NCBI GenBank assembly: GCA_043738155.1
Contig: JAYSZH010000032.1
Coordinates: 1-44,277 of the forward strand
Length of the DNA stretch: 44,277 nucleotides
Direction of reading: 5' to 3'
DNA from: Polaromonas sp.
Lineage (GTDB): Bacteria; Pseudomonadota; Gammaproteobacteria; Burkholderiales; Burkholderiaceae_C
The notes beneath the pieces are model-generated. The model ran no database searches. It saw only the letters and a program-made list of their open reading frames with translations, and was not told the DNA's origin. Within the stretch, counting starts at the first letter, position 1; every line of letters starts with the position of its first letter. The position numbers were made by a program, and so were the translations under genes. This document shows, piece after piece, positions 27,440 through 39,175 of the stretch.

Positions 27440-30400
27440 TTATTTTTTAACGTCTGGTCTTGGGGTTCTTTTTACTTCTGTCACCACGGGATCAGCCCAG
27501 GTTCCAGAAACTTTAAATTCCTTTGTCACAGCCTCAATCAAAGGCTGCCGAAGAAACAATTGTGCTAAAAATGTACCTAACCCAATAGCGGGGTTGATAG
27601 CGGAAGCAACCAGTATCGATGCTACGCCGGCATTCACCTCGGGCGCATAAACCACCCTTATATCTTGCGTGCCAGCTGCAATATCAGATTTTCCGTCCAT
27701 CAAGATCACCGCATTGACACCGCTGATTTGCATGTTGTTGGTCGTGGCCAGCCCCCGATCGACAGCCACATCGCCACGCAGGAAATCAAATACAAACCCC
27801 TCACTGAATACATCTCTAAAATCTAAGCTCAACCGCTTGGCAATGGATTGCATGCTCAATACGCTCAATAGTTTTGCTGCACCAGGTTCTACTTTCAAAA
27901 ATTGGCCATTCTCCACATTGATATTGAATTGACCTGCCAATGTTGGGTAATTCATCGCCAATGGCGAGCCACGCCAGGTTAACTGCCCATCCAGTTTCCC
28001 TTTGCCGTTACGTACTAGGCCTTCAAATCCGAAACGCTCAAGCAATTTCCCTGTATCAGATATATCTAGTTTAAAGTCTATGCCAGTCGTTCGTCGTTCA
28101 AGTATATTGAGTAAGCTCACATCACCTTTGCCAATGACATCAGTGCGCAAAGCCTCACGATGAGCCCAAAAGCCATTTGCTGTCAATCTCGCTTCTGGTG
28201 TTGTCACGTTCAAATGATTCAAACGCCAAACGCGTGTACCGTCAGCAGTACCGCTAGTATTTGACAAACGATTGACAGCGTCAATTTCAACTTTGCCAAA
28301 CTTTCGACCTCTCAATTCAAAATCTTCAACAACCAAATCTAGTGCAGGAATACTTACTGGTTGCTCATCCAATAATTTTTCCACATCATTAACTTGTGCG
28401 TCGCCAATCACCAATCGCGCTAATCGCGCATAAATGCGTCCGGTTGAGAGCGTTGCTGTAGGCTGCCTGTATTCCACATATCCGCTCAGTTGCTTGGCCT
28501 CCATATTTGCGCGCCAAATTGAGCCTTCCCGTGATCCGCCGATGACGACATTTTCAAATTTTCGACCCTCGACGATCAATTCCTTCGCCCGAACGGCCAT
28601 TGTTGAAGGAATTAAATCATCAAAGACATGCTGGTTTGAAGCTGCTTGCACACCTGCTTTTGATGCTGTACCAACGCTGCTGTTTTGTAAAGAAGAAAAG
28701 AACTTAGACCATTCATCAACGTCCAAGCGATCAACATTAATATTAGCCGCAACAGCGTTGCTTGGCTCCGGCGTTTCCTCACCTGCATCTAAACCCACAC
28801 TCATGGATCCGCGTATAACTTTTGGCACATTGCCGTTGATATCGCGCAAGAGTTTGAAGTTTGCTATTTTTTCAATACTCAGGCTGATGTTGTCTTTTAG
28901 CCGAACCTTGCCATCGCGCTCGGGGATGGTTGATGCTTCAACCAGGGTATTTTCAAATTTCAACGGCCAAATACTTTGCGCAGGCTTGTTGAATGGCGCA
29001 GGTAAAGTCAAAGCCAAACCTTGTAAATTGGTTTGAACAGAAACCTCAGTTTGATCGTGCGCAAAACGTAACTGTGCCGAATAAGCCGTACTGCCAGATG
29101 CGCTTTTAGCCAACTGTGGGATAAAACTTAATTCGCTAGCGCGTTGTAAACCCAGCGCACTAGCGACGCCTTGACCACGGATGACAACGCCTTTACCTGT
29201 GGGACCCAGCGCTGGATCGCTTGCATTCAAATTGCCACCTTCAAAACGAACGGCATCACCAAACATCAGCGCTTGCGCGTCTTTGATCAAAAATCCTTTT
29301 TCAGAAAAGCGCAACAACCCTTTGGCTTGACCTATCAAAGGGGTTTGAGTGGTCATCTGAACATCGTTTCCCAAGAAAACAATATCGCCTTTGACGCGCG
29401 TCTTGTTCAAGTCCCCAATTGGTAACGACATATCAATTTTAAAATCGCCCGAGCCAGTCGATGTTGCCTTGCTCAGCGATTGACTCGTGATGCCGTGCAA
29501 AGGCGACTTATTGACAAAACCCAGCATGTCAACCATGGTGCTTTTGCCCTGCGCACTCACATTGACGACTGTAAACGTCAAATCTGGAATGGCAACATTA
29601 GCCTGCACAATCGCAATCCCTGGCAAGCCTGCCACCTCAGCGCTCGTACTTTTCACACTCAAGCTGGTCCTGTCTAGCACCATTTCACCTGCTACTTTAC
29701 TGAGTTCAGGCCATGGCAAATCAGCAGGGTCTTGCAAGCGCTTGGGCACATAGGCGACGCGCGCATTGTTGAATTTTGCAGTGATTTTGAAATCACCTTG
29801 ATTTGCTTTTGCGGCTGGTATATCCCAAACCTCGCCTTTAATTTTGAAATTGACCTCACTTGCCTTGCCATCAATCAGCAAATCGCGCACATATTCACGC
29901 GCCTGTATGGGAACACCCAACGGCAAATAGCGCGAAACTTTAGCTAACTCAACATTGATCAATTTCGCATTTAAATCCAGCACACCTGGAAATTTACTTC
30001 TGTTGGTTGCTGTAGCCGGATCGCTGGTTTTCCAGCTCAATTGTGCCGTGCCTTGCGCATCTGCATTTTTAAAACTCAGATTGCTCACAGACACATCTAT
30101 TTTGGCATCAGCTTTTCCTTTTGATGTCGTCTGTGTCGTACGCCATACGATATCTGTACTTAACTGGTCAATAGGTATCATCGCATCACCCAACATACCA
30201 GGTAGATCAATCGCACCTTTGTCGATCGTAATTTTTGCCTTACCGCCCGCAGAGTTCATATCAAAATCAATACTTGCGCCGCGAAAACCGGGTCGCCCGA
30301 CTGATTCATGCTTATCAACGCCCTCGCCCACTTTTTGACCGCTGGATTTGGATGAAATTTGCATCCCCTTGACTACACCTTTAGCTTTTAGGTCTTGTGG

Positions 30401-31729
30401 CTCATCTGGATAACCCCGCCAATGTGCAGATATCGACTCAATGACACCTTGTGGCGCCAAACTGGTCAGCAACTCATGGGTTGAAGCACCCAGAGGGATT
30501 TTATTGGCGATCAAGCTGATGACTGCCAAATCCAGCTTGTCCGCCTTAAAGTCGTTGACGCTTTGTGTCGCATCAAAGGTACTTACACCAACATTTGTAG
30601 CCCCCGAGCTCTTTGGCGTCGTGGGATTTGTTTGTGAAAAGAGCATGTTGCCGCCAGGCCAGCGCAAACCGTCTTGCGTTTGAAATTGCAAATTTTGTGT
30701 GGATGCTTCAAAACCTTGTTCAAGCTTGCGCCCGATCAACCGGCCAGACATGGACTGCAAAGCCAGTGGCTCTAAGCCTTTACCCAGCGTTGCGTCCACT
30801 TGTGCCAGCGCGACATCTGCCGTGGTGCTGACCCACTCGCCTTTGGCAATAGCCGTCCAAGCTTTTAAAACGCCGACACCACGTCCCGACTGGCCATCTA
30901 GCTTGATGTAGCGGCTGATTTCTGACACATCAATTTTGGCAAAATCTGTATAAATTTGACCCGACCATGCTTTGACATTGCCTTTATCCCCGGACAACAG
31001 CGATTGCGTAAACAGCCCACGCACTGAAAACCTATCCCCCCAAACAGCTGGCGGCGTAGCATCTAACCGCAGCTCATGCTTGTTCAACGGGTTGCGCGAC
31101 ACAAAATCGACTTGACTTAGCGTCAGCGGCGGCGGCACGCCCAAAGCGCCGTTGGGCATTTCATCCACCCAATGCACCACGCCATTGCGAATAGCGAACT
31201 CTGGCTGCGAAAAAAACCAATCTGCACCGCCACCCGTGTTTCTGTCGTCTTTAGAAAAATCCAAACCTGCAATGGTTAATTTGCCCTGTGCATCGCGTCG
31301 AATGTTCAATTCTGGCGATTCGATCAAAATTTGTTCTACGTTCAATCGCAGCAAAGATGCTGGCGACACTGACGCCAAAATACGCGGCAACTTCAAGGCT
31401 TCGCGACCCGTAGAGTCCAACAAAGCAATGTCTTTGAGCTCGAACGAGGGAATAATGCCGACCGACTTGGCTGAAATTTCACCAATTTTGACGGGAACAC
31501 CCAGCACTTTGCTGGCCTCAATTTCCAGCCGCGGGCGAAGTTCGCCAATACGAGGCACAATCATCCAATGCAATGCCATCCAAGCCAGCCCGAACATCAA
31601 CCACGCAGCCACAGCCAAGCCCAGCAGCAGCTTGCTCAGCGCGGCGGAGATTTTCCAAAATTTCAGGGAAACTTGATCAGATTGATTCATACATGGCAGT
31701 CCACAATTATGACTGCTCGCTTTGGTCAT
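27440..31729 (-). CDS. yhdP: YhdP-family AsmA-like envelope protein (DUF3971 and AsmA_2 architecture)
   Basis: 1429-aa ORF with an N-terminal TM anchor (LLLGLAVAAWLMFGLAWMALHWM), a long beta-rich body and a conserved C-terminal region. It is divergent from glnE. An alternative start at the ATG at 31690 (MNQSDQ) would widen the 23-bp gap to glnE. Confidence 0.8.
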   Translation of the reverse strand: MTKASSHNCGLPCMNQSDQVSLKFWKISAALSKLLLGLAVAAWLMFGLAWMALHWMIVPRIGELRPRLEIEASKVLGVPVKIGEISAKSVGIIPSFELKDIALLDSTGREALKLPRILASVSPASLLRLNVEQILIESPELNIRRDAQGKLTIAGLDFSKDDRNTGGGADWFFSQPEFAIRNGVVHWVDEMPNGALGVPPPLTLSQVDFVSRNPLNKHELRLDATPPAVWGDRFSVRGLFTQSLLSGDKGNVKAWSGQIYTDFAKIDVSEISRYIKLDGQSGRGVGVLKAWTAIAKGEWVSTTADVALAQVDATLGKGLEPLALQSMSGRLIGRKLEQGFEASTQNLQFQTQDGLRWPGGNMLFSQTNPTTPKSSGATNVGVSTFDATQSVNDFKADKLDLAVISLIANKIPLGASTHELLTSLAPQGVIESISAHWRGYPDEPQDLKAKGVVKGMQISSKSSGQKVGEGVDKHESVGRPGFRGASIDFDMNSAGGKAKITIDKGAIDLPGMLGDAMIPIDQLSTDIVWRTTQTTSKGKADAKIDVSVSNLSFKNADAQGTAQLSWKTSDPATATNRSKFPGVLDLNAKLINVELAKVSRYLPLGVPIQAREYVRDLLIDGKASEVNFKIKGEVWDIPAAKANQGDFKITAKFNNARVAYVPKRLQDPADLPWPELSKVAGEMVLDRTSLSVKSTSAEVAGLPGIAIVQANVAIPDLTFTVVNVSAQGKSTMVDMLGFVNKSPLHGITSQSLSKATSTGSGDFKIDMSLPIGDLNKTRVKGDIVFLGNDVQMTTQTPLIGQAKGLLRFSEKGFLIKDAQALMFGDAVRFEGGNLNASDPALGPTGKGVVIRGQGVASALGLQRASELSFIPQLAKSASGSTAYSAQLRFAHDQTEVSVQTNLQGLALTLPAPFNKPAQSIWPLKFENTLVEASTIPERDGKVRLKDNISLSIEKIANFKLLRDINGNVPKVIRGSMSVGLDAGEETPEPSNAVAANINVDRLDVDEWSKFFSSLQNSSVGTASKAGVQAASNQHVFDDLIPSTMAVRAKELIVEGRKFENVVIGGSREGSIWRANMEAKQLSGYVEYRQPTATLSTGRIYARLARLVIGDAQVNDVEKLLDEQPVSIPALDLVVEDFELRGRKFGKVEIDAVNRLSNTSGTADGTRVWRLNHLNVTTPEARLTANGFWAHREALRTDVIGKGDVSLLNILERRTTGIDFKLDISDTGKLLERFGFEGLVRNGKGKLDGQLTWRGSPLAMNYPTLAGQFNINVENGQFLKVEPGAAKLLSVLSMQSIAKRLSLDFRDVFSEGFVFDFLRGDVAVDRGLATTNNMQISGVNAVILMDGKSDIAAGTQDIRVVYAPEVNAGVASILVASAINPAIGLGTFLAQLFLRQPLIEAVTKEFKVSGTWADPVVTEVKRTPRPDVKK

Positions 31730-31752
31730 AGTTCCTAATATGTTTTCTTAAT

Positions 31753-34512
31753 ATGTCGAACTTACTTAGGTTTGCCCATTATTCACGGTTCTTTCAGCGC
31801 ATTGACAGGCGTTACACGGATTATTTAGCCGAACTAGCGCCAGGTGAGCCGCAGCGCGCTGCGATGCAAAGTACCTTTGATGCCCTGCGACAGCAAGGCC
31901 TAGATACCAGCGCGGCGTTGCGCATTTTGCGGCAATTGGTCATGCACAGGCTCATCCAATTGGATTGCGAGCAGCATGCCGCCCTGCGCGTGGTTACCCA
32001 TGCGGTGACTGATTTGGCAGAATTGGCCCTTGAAATAGCTTTAAAAACCGCTTACGAAGAGCTTGATGCTTTGCACGGACAGCCAGTCAACGCGCAGATG
32101 TGGGTTGTTGGCATGGGCAAGCTGGGTGCGCGTGAGCTCAATGTTTCAAGCGATATTGACTTGATCTACGTGTACGACCAGGACGGTGAAACGATTGGCA
32201 ACACTGAGGGTCGCAACAAAATCTCGCACCATGAGTATTTTGCCAAAGCAGTCAAAATCGTCTACGACTTGGTGGGTGCAACCACAGAGCATGGCTTCGT
32301 CTTTCGGGTCGATTTAGCGCTGCGTCCGCATGGCAATTCTGGGCCTGCGGCAATTTCTTTGTCTGGGTTAGAGCAATATTTGCAAGTTCAAGGTCGTGAG
32401 TGGGAGCGTTTTGCGTGGCTAAAAAGCCGAGTTGTTGCACCGCAAAGCAGTATTCGTCACGATTCCGGCAACAGCTCCGCCAAAGCGTTACGCGATGTTG
32501 TCTTGCCATTTGTATTCAGAAAATACCTGGATTACAACGTTTTTGAGTCGTTGCGCACGCTGCACCGCCAGATTCGTCAAGAATCTGCCCGCCGCAGCGC
32601 TGGCCGGCCTGAGCGGGCGAATGATGTCAAACTCTCGCGTGGCGGTATCCGCGAGATTGAATTTACCGTGCAACTGCTGCAAGTGGTGCGCGGCGGCCAA
32701 TACCCTGAACTGCGCAGACGCCCCACGTTGGACGCCCTGCAGCGCGTTGCTCACGCCGGCTTGATGCCGCAAACCACCGCTGATGCCTTGTCCAAAGCCT
32801 ATGAATTTTTACGCCGTGTGGAGCACCGCATTCAATACCTAGACGACCAGCAAACCCACGCCATGCCCACGCAAGACGCTGATTTGCAGTGGATTGCGCA
32901 AAGCATGGGCTACAAAGAGTGCGACAGCGACAGCTGCGCGTTTTTGACCGATTTAGATGCCCACCGCGAACTGGTGGCAAATGAGTTTGACAAACTTTTA
33001 GGCGGTTTTCAGCAAACCAGCTCAAATTTAAAAGACTGCGGCACGCAGGAATGCAAGGTTTGCCCCTCCCCTTCAAGTTCATCTTCAAGTTCATCAACAC
33101 CGTCCTTAGCGTCAACCTCTGCTGAAAACCACCCAAATGCAGCCTTTGACAAACGCGTTACCGAGCTTGCCGAGCACCCGCGCGTGCTGAGTCTGCGCGA
33201 AGACGCCCGAGGTCGCCTGATGCGCCTTGTAGAACGCACCAACACCTGGCTGCAAAGCGGTCGCGTCACCGAGCTTGCCGCCCTGCGTAGTGCTGATTTT
33301 TTAGAGCCACTCCTACGTCGCGAAAGCTACCTGGCATTGCTGTGGGAGCGCCCCGTGGTGCACGAACGCCTGCTCAAACTCCTAGGCAGCGCCCGCTGGC
33401 CAGCCAAGTATTTGCTGCAACACCCCGGCGTGATGGACGAACTGGCGGGTGACGCGTGGTTGACCGAGCGTTTTAACCCGCCAGAATTTGAAGCCGAACT
33501 GGCGCTACGTATCAAATCGTTGAAATCCACGGGCGAAGACGATGTAGAAACCCTGCTAAACCTGCTGCGCCGTGCCCACCACGCAGAGCTGTTTCGCACC
33601 CTGGCACGTGATATTGAAGGTCAACTCACTGTTGAGCAAGTGGCTGATGACCTGAGCGCGCTGGCAGACACCGTGCTGCGCGTCACCGTGGCTTGGTGTT
33701 GGGAGCGGCACAAAAACAAACACTTGGATTACCCCCAAATCGCCATCATCGGCTATGGCAAATTGGGTGGCAAAGAGCTGGGCTACGGCAGCGACTTGGA
33801 CATCGTCTTCATTTACGAAGACATCGATGAAAATGCTGGTGAAATATACAGCTCATTTGTGCGCAAACTCATCACCTGGTTGGACACCAAGACCTCAGAA
33901 GGCGATTTGTTCGAAATCGACACCGCCCTGCGCCCCAACGGCAATTCCGGCCTGTTGGTGACTAGCTTTGCGGCATTCTCAGACTACCAAGAAAAGCGCG
34001 GCAGCAACACCGCATGGACTTGGGAACACCAAGCCATGACCCGCGCCCGATTCGTCGCGGGCTACGAACCCTTACGCGCCAAGTTCGACCAAGTCCGCCA
34101 AAACGTCATCTCTGCCCCGCGCGATTTACCCGCTTTGAAGCAAGAAATCATCGCCATGCGCGACAAAGTCCGCGCTGCGCATGTTGTCAAAGCTGATTTA
34201 TTCGACGTGAAACACAGCCCCGGCGGCATGCTAGACGCCGAATTCGCTGTGCAATACCTCGTTTTAGCCCACAGCGCCGTCCACCCCGAACTGCAACCCA
34301 ACCTAGGCAACATCGCCCTGATGCAACGCGCTGAAGCCGTCGGCTTGCTCCCAGCCGGCATAGGCGAAGCCGCAGCCACCGCCTACCGCAACCTGCGCCA
34401 CGCCCAACACGTAGCCCGCCTGGACGAAGCGCCTACGCAAGTGTCGGGTGCTGAAATGCAGGTGGAAATGGACGCGATGTTAGAGCTTTGGGATGCGGTT
34501 TTTGCTATATAA
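31753..34512 (+). CDS. glnE: Bifunctional glutamine synthetase adenylyltransferase/adenylyl-removing enzyme
   Basis: 919-aa ORF with two nucleotidyltransferase modules (GMGKLGARELNVSSDIDLIYVY and GYGKLGGKELGYGSDLDIVFIY), joined by a Ser-rich linker. Confidence 0.95.
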   Translation: MSNLLRFAHYSRFFQRIDRRYTDYLAELAPGEPQRAAMQSTFDALRQQGLDTSAALRILRQLVMHRLIQLDCEQHAALRVVTHAVTDLAELALEIALKTAYEELDALHGQPVNAQMWVVGMGKLGARELNVSSDIDLIYVYDQDGETIGNTEGRNKISHHEYFAKAVKIVYDLVGATTEHGFVFRVDLALRPHGNSGPAAISLSGLEQYLQVQGREWERFAWLKSRVVAPQSSIRHDSGNSSAKALRDVVLPFVFRKYLDYNVFESLRTLHRQIRQESARRSAGRPERANDVKLSRGGIREIEFTVQLLQVVRGGQYPELRRRPTLDALQRVAHAGLMPQTTADALSKAYEFLRRVEHRIQYLDDQQTHAMPTQDADLQWIAQSMGYKECDSDSCAFLTDLDAHRELVANEFDKLLGGFQQTSSNLKDCGTQECKVCPSPSSSSSSSSTPSLASTSAENHPNAAFDKRVTELAEHPRVLSLREDARGRLMRLVERTNTWLQSGRVTELAALRSADFLEPLLRRESYLALLWERPVVHERLLKLLGSARWPAKYLLQHPGVMDELAGDAWLTERFNPPEFEAELALRIKSLKSTGEDDVETLLNLLRRAHHAELFRTLARDIEGQLTVEQVADDLSALADTVLRVTVAWCWERHKNKHLDYPQIAIIGYGKLGGKELGYGSDLDIVFIYEDIDENAGEIYSSFVRKLITWLDTKTSEGDLFEIDTALRPNGNSGLLVTSFAAFSDYQEKRGSNTAWTWEHQAMTRARFVAGYEPLRAKFDQVRQNVISAPRDLPALKQEIIAMRDKVRAAHVVKADLFDVKHSPGGMLDAEFAVQYLVLAHSAVHPELQPNLGNIALMQRAEAVGLLPAGIGEAAATAYRNLRHAQHVARLDEAPTQVSGAEMQVEMDAMLELWDAVFAI

Positions 34513-34568
34513 TTTATAGCTAATAAAGCAATAAATACGCCGGCTAGAGGCATATTTACCCCTCTAAA
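34501..34568 (+). repeat. Dispersed repeat copy 4, overlapping the glnE stop codon
   Basis: 34502..34557 reads TTGCTATATAATTTATAGCTAATAAAGCAATAAATACGCCGGCTAGAGGCATATTT. The core is exact at 34530..34546. It is followed by the hairpin TAGAGG-N10-CCTCTA. Confidence 0.9.
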
Positions 34569-34577
34569 CTCAATATT

Positions 34578-35054
34578 CTACGAATTTGAACGAATTTTAG
34601 CCACCAACGCTGTCGTCGAATACCCCGCCACAAACGGCAACGCCAGCGCTTTGCCGCCGTAGCTTTCTACCAACTGCGCTTCTTTCAACTTGGCCATGTC
34701 GTAATCGCCGCCTTTGACGATGACATCTGGGCGCAGCTCGTTGATGATTTCCAGCGGGGTGTCTTCATCGAACCACGTGACGAGGCTGACGGATTCGAGG
34801 GCAGCTATCAGCGTCGCCCGGTCAGCTTCGTTGTTGAGCGGCCTGTCTGGGCCTTTGCCCAGGCGTTTGGCGGAGGCGTCGGTGTTCAATGCAACGACCA
34901 AGCTGCCACCCAAAGCCCTCGCTTGCGCGAGGTAGGTAACGTGGCCTGCGTGCAGGACATCAAACACGCCGTTGGTGAACACGACAGGCTGCGGTAGGGC
35001 TTTGACGCGGGCTTTAGCGTCTTGACGGGAAGTGATTTTGTCTAGGAACGACAA
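34578..35054 (-). CDS. rfaE2: D-glycero-beta-D-manno-heptose 1-phosphate adenylyltransferase (RfaE domain II type)
   Basis: 158-aa ORF with the cytidylyltransferase motif FTNGVFDVLHAGHVTYL, then VIVKGGDY. Confidence 0.88.
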   Translation of the reverse strand: MSFLDKITSRQDAKARVKALPQPVVFTNGVFDVLHAGHVTYLAQARALGGSLVVALNTDASAKRLGKGPDRPLNNEADRATLIAALESVSLVTWFDEDTPLEIINELRPDVIVKGGDYDMAKLKEAQLVESYGGKALALPFVAGYSTTALVAKIRSNS

Positions 35055-35061
35055 ATTTGGG

Positions 35062-35679
35062 TCAAACCGGAACAGTATCCATAAAGCTCTGCTTTTGCAT
35101 CAGCTTTTCTTGCAATTTAGCCAGATTGGGATGCGTGTCGCGCCAATCGATCTTGGGGAAGCGGAAATCAAGGTAGCCCAACGCGCTGCCAACGGCGATG
35201 TCGGACAGGGTGAGGTGGATGCCGGAACAGAAGGGCTTGTCACCCAAGCCCGTGCTCATGGCTTTCAAACTGTCGTGTATTTTGCCCATTTGGCGATCTA
35301 TCCATGCTTGGCTGCGCTGCTCTTCTGTGCGACCAGCCCAAGTGGCTTCTAGGCGTGCCAAGATGGCGGCGTCCAGCAGGCCATCGGCCAAGGCTTCCCA
35401 AGTTTTGACCTCGGCGCGCTCGCGGCCAGAGGCAGGAATCAGCTTGCCCACAGGGGACAAAATATCGAGATATTCGACGATGACGCGTGAGTCAAACAGT
35501 GCCTCGCCCGCATCCAAAATCAAGCATGGCACTTTGCCCAGCGGGTTGGCGTGGTTGATGGTCGTGTCCGCAGACCACACGTTTTCTTCTACAAACGTGT
35601 ACTCAAGTTTCTTTTCAGCCATCACGATGCGTACTTTACGCACATAGGGGCTGGTGGTTGCACCAATCAGTTTTAACAT
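35062..35679 (-). CDS. Glutathione S-transferase family protein
   Basis: 205-aa ORF with a thioredoxin-like N-terminal domain (SPYVRKVRIVM, GKVPCL, FDSRVIVEYLD) and a helical C-terminal domain. Confidence 0.85.
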   Translation of the reverse strand: MLKLIGATTSPYVRKVRIVMAEKKLEYTFVEENVWSADTTINHANPLGKVPCLILDAGEALFDSRVIVEYLDILSPVGKLIPASGRERAEVKTWEALADGLLDAAILARLEATWAGRTEEQRSQAWIDRQMGKIHDSLKAMSTGLGDKPFCSGIHLTLSDIAVGSALGYLDFRFPKIDWRDTHPNLAKLQEKLMQKQSFMDTVPV

Positions 35680-35741
35680 TCAGTTCAATATATAGTCTTT
35701 ATGGTCTTCATTCTATAGTGCGGCTCCGCATATTTTCTTGA

Positions 35742-37301
<1,560 letters not shown>

Positions 37302-37303
37302 TT

Positions 37304-37864
37304 TTGGCCATCAAATCCACCATTTTTAAGGCCAGCTTGTCGATTGCGGACATTGACCACAACTACTACGCTGACCACCAGTTCACCCTCGCCCGCCACC
37401 CCAGCGAGACGGATGAGCGCATGATGATCCGTCTCGTTGCTATGGCTTTGCAAGCACACCAGCTGCAAACTGTCTGCGGCGGCGACGGCACGCTGGCGTT
37501 TGGCGCGGGATTGTCGAACCCAGACGAGCCGGACGTCTGGCTGCGCGACTTCACCCAAGCGACCCGGTTGTGGATTGAAGTGGGTGCACCTGAAGAAAAG
37601 CCGATTTTGCGCGCCTGTGGCAAGTCGGACTCCATGATGGTCTATTGCTTCAACCACGCCGCCGAGATCTGGTGGAAAGCCATGGAAAACAAGGTCAGCC
37701 GCGCTAAAAACCTGCAGGTCTGGCGTGTGCCGACCCTGCAATCGCAAGAACTTGCCAAACTCGCCACCCGCAGCATGCAGCTGCAGGCGACGATTCAAGA
37801 AGGTGCGCTGATGATGAGCGATGGCGCGAACATGGTGGATGTGGAGTGTGTGCGCTGGTTGTAA
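37304..37864 (+). CDS. yaeQ: YaeQ family protein
   Basis: 186-aa ORF, MAIKSTIFKASLSIADIDHNYYADHQFTLARHPSETDERMM..., the canonical YaeQ N-terminus. It starts 2 bp after the purB stop. Confidence 0.88.
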   Translation: MAIKSTIFKASLSIADIDHNYYADHQFTLARHPSETDERMMIRLVAMALQAHQLQTVCGGDGTLAFGAGLSNPDEPDVWLRDFTQATRLWIEVGAPEEKPILRACGKSDSMMVYCFNHAAEIWWKAMENKVSRAKNLQVWRVPTLQSQELAKLATRSMQLQATIQEGALMMSDGANMVDVECVRWL

Positions 37865-37886
37865 ATTAATTTTAAAATAGTTAAAA

Positions 37887-37945
37887 TTACTATACTTTTA
37901 ATAGCTATTTAGGCAATAAATACGCTGGCTAGAGGCATATTTTAA
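37887..37945 (+). repeat. Dispersed repeat copy 5
   Basis: 37887..37942 reads TTACTATACTTTTAATAGCTATTTAGGCAATAAATACGCTGGCTAGAGGCATATTT. The core at 37915..37931 has one mismatch (C to T). It lies between the convergent yaeQ and sugar-binding-protein ends. Confidence 0.88.
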
Positions 37946-37953
37946 TCAGAAAA

Positions 37954-39015
37954 TTACTGGATCTGCTCCGCCCTGTAAAACCCCGAGCTAACCAGTACTT
38001 GCTTGATATTGGCAGCGTCAACCAATACGGGTTTTAGCAAGAATGATGGCACGACTTTGACCCCGTTGTTGTACGTTTTGTTGTCATTCACTGTGGGCGC
38101 TTTGCCTTGAATCAAGGCTTCTGCCATTTGGGCGGTGACGCGGGCCAGTTCGCGGGTGTCTTTGAAAATGGTGGACGACTGCTGGCCGCGCAGCACCGAT
38201 TTGGTGGCGGGTATATCTGCGTCTTGACCTGTAATCACTGGCATGGGGTTGCCAGCTTGCCCATAGCCCGCTTTGGCAAAACCAGTGATCAACTCGGCGG
38301 CAATGCCGTCATTGGGGGCCAGCACAGCATCCAAGCGCAGCTTTGAATAATACTTTGGCAGCAAAACACTCAAACGCGCTTTGGCGATGGCGCCGTTCCA
38401 GCCTTTGGTGGAGACGTTGTTCATGCCCTCTTGGCCAGATTCAATGACCAGTTGTTTTTTATCGATATACGGCTTGAGCACAGACATCGCACCGTCGTAA
38501 AAGAAAAAGGCGTTGTTATCGTCTGGCGAGCCGGCAAACAACTCAATGCGAAACGGGCCTTTGCCGGCGGCGAGCTCCAAGCGTTTCACGATGTCCGCGC
38601 CTTGTTTCACGCCGACATCAAAATTGTCAAACGTGGCGTAGTAGTCCACATTGGCACTGTCACGAATCAAGCGGTCATAGGATATGACCTTGATTTTCTT
38701 CTCGCCGGCTTTTTTCAAAACCTCGGTCAACTTTTTGCCGTCGACAGCGGCAATAACGAGCACTTTCGCGCCTTTTTTGATCATGCCTTCAATTTGCGCA
38801 ATTTGCATGTCTGCACCACCGCTGGCGTATTGCAAATCAGACGCCAGGTTGACCTTGTTCAGCTCCCGCATGATGGACAAGCCGTCGTTCACCCAGCGCA
38901 TGTTGCTGAATTCTGGCATGGACACACCGACTGCGATTTGCTCTTGCGCCAAGCTAGTGCTGCAAAAAGCAATGCAAGCGACTGAAGCCACCATTTTTAA
39001 TTTTGAAAATACCAT
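37954..39015 (-). CDS. Periplasmic sugar-binding protein (ChvE-like, multiple-monosaccharide ABC substrate-binding family), orphan
   Basis: 353-aa ORF with a signal peptide (MVASVACIAFCSTSLAQE) and a type I periplasmic-binding fold (VISYDRLI, NDGIAAELI, ITGQDAD). No permease or ATPase gene is adjacent. Confidence 0.8.
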   Translation of the reverse strand: MVFSKLKMVASVACIAFCSTSLAQEQIAVGVSMPEFSNMRWVNDGLSIMRELNKVNLASDLQYASGGADMQIAQIEGMIKKGAKVLVIAAVDGKKLTEVLKKAGEKKIKVISYDRLIRDSANVDYYATFDNFDVGVKQGADIVKRLELAAGKGPFRIELFAGSPDDNNAFFFYDGAMSVLKPYIDKKQLVIESGQEGMNNVSTKGWNGAIAKARLSVLLPKYYSKLRLDAVLAPNDGIAAELITGFAKAGYGQAGNPMPVITGQDADIPATKSVLRGQQSSTIFKDTRELARVTAQMAEALIQGKAPTVNDNKTYNNGVKVVPSFLLKPVLVDAANIKQVLVSSGFYRAEQIQ

Positions 39016-39175
39016 GTTTGCCTTTTTTTGTCGTGGTTCAATAGTTTTGCACTTTGTTCAATCAATGAACTAAGTGTTAACTAATTGTCTACAAACAAAC
39101 AAAGCAAAAAATCAGGACATACCCTTGCGTTTACAAATTAACGGGTCGGTTACGCTCTGCCGCCCGCTAATAAGT

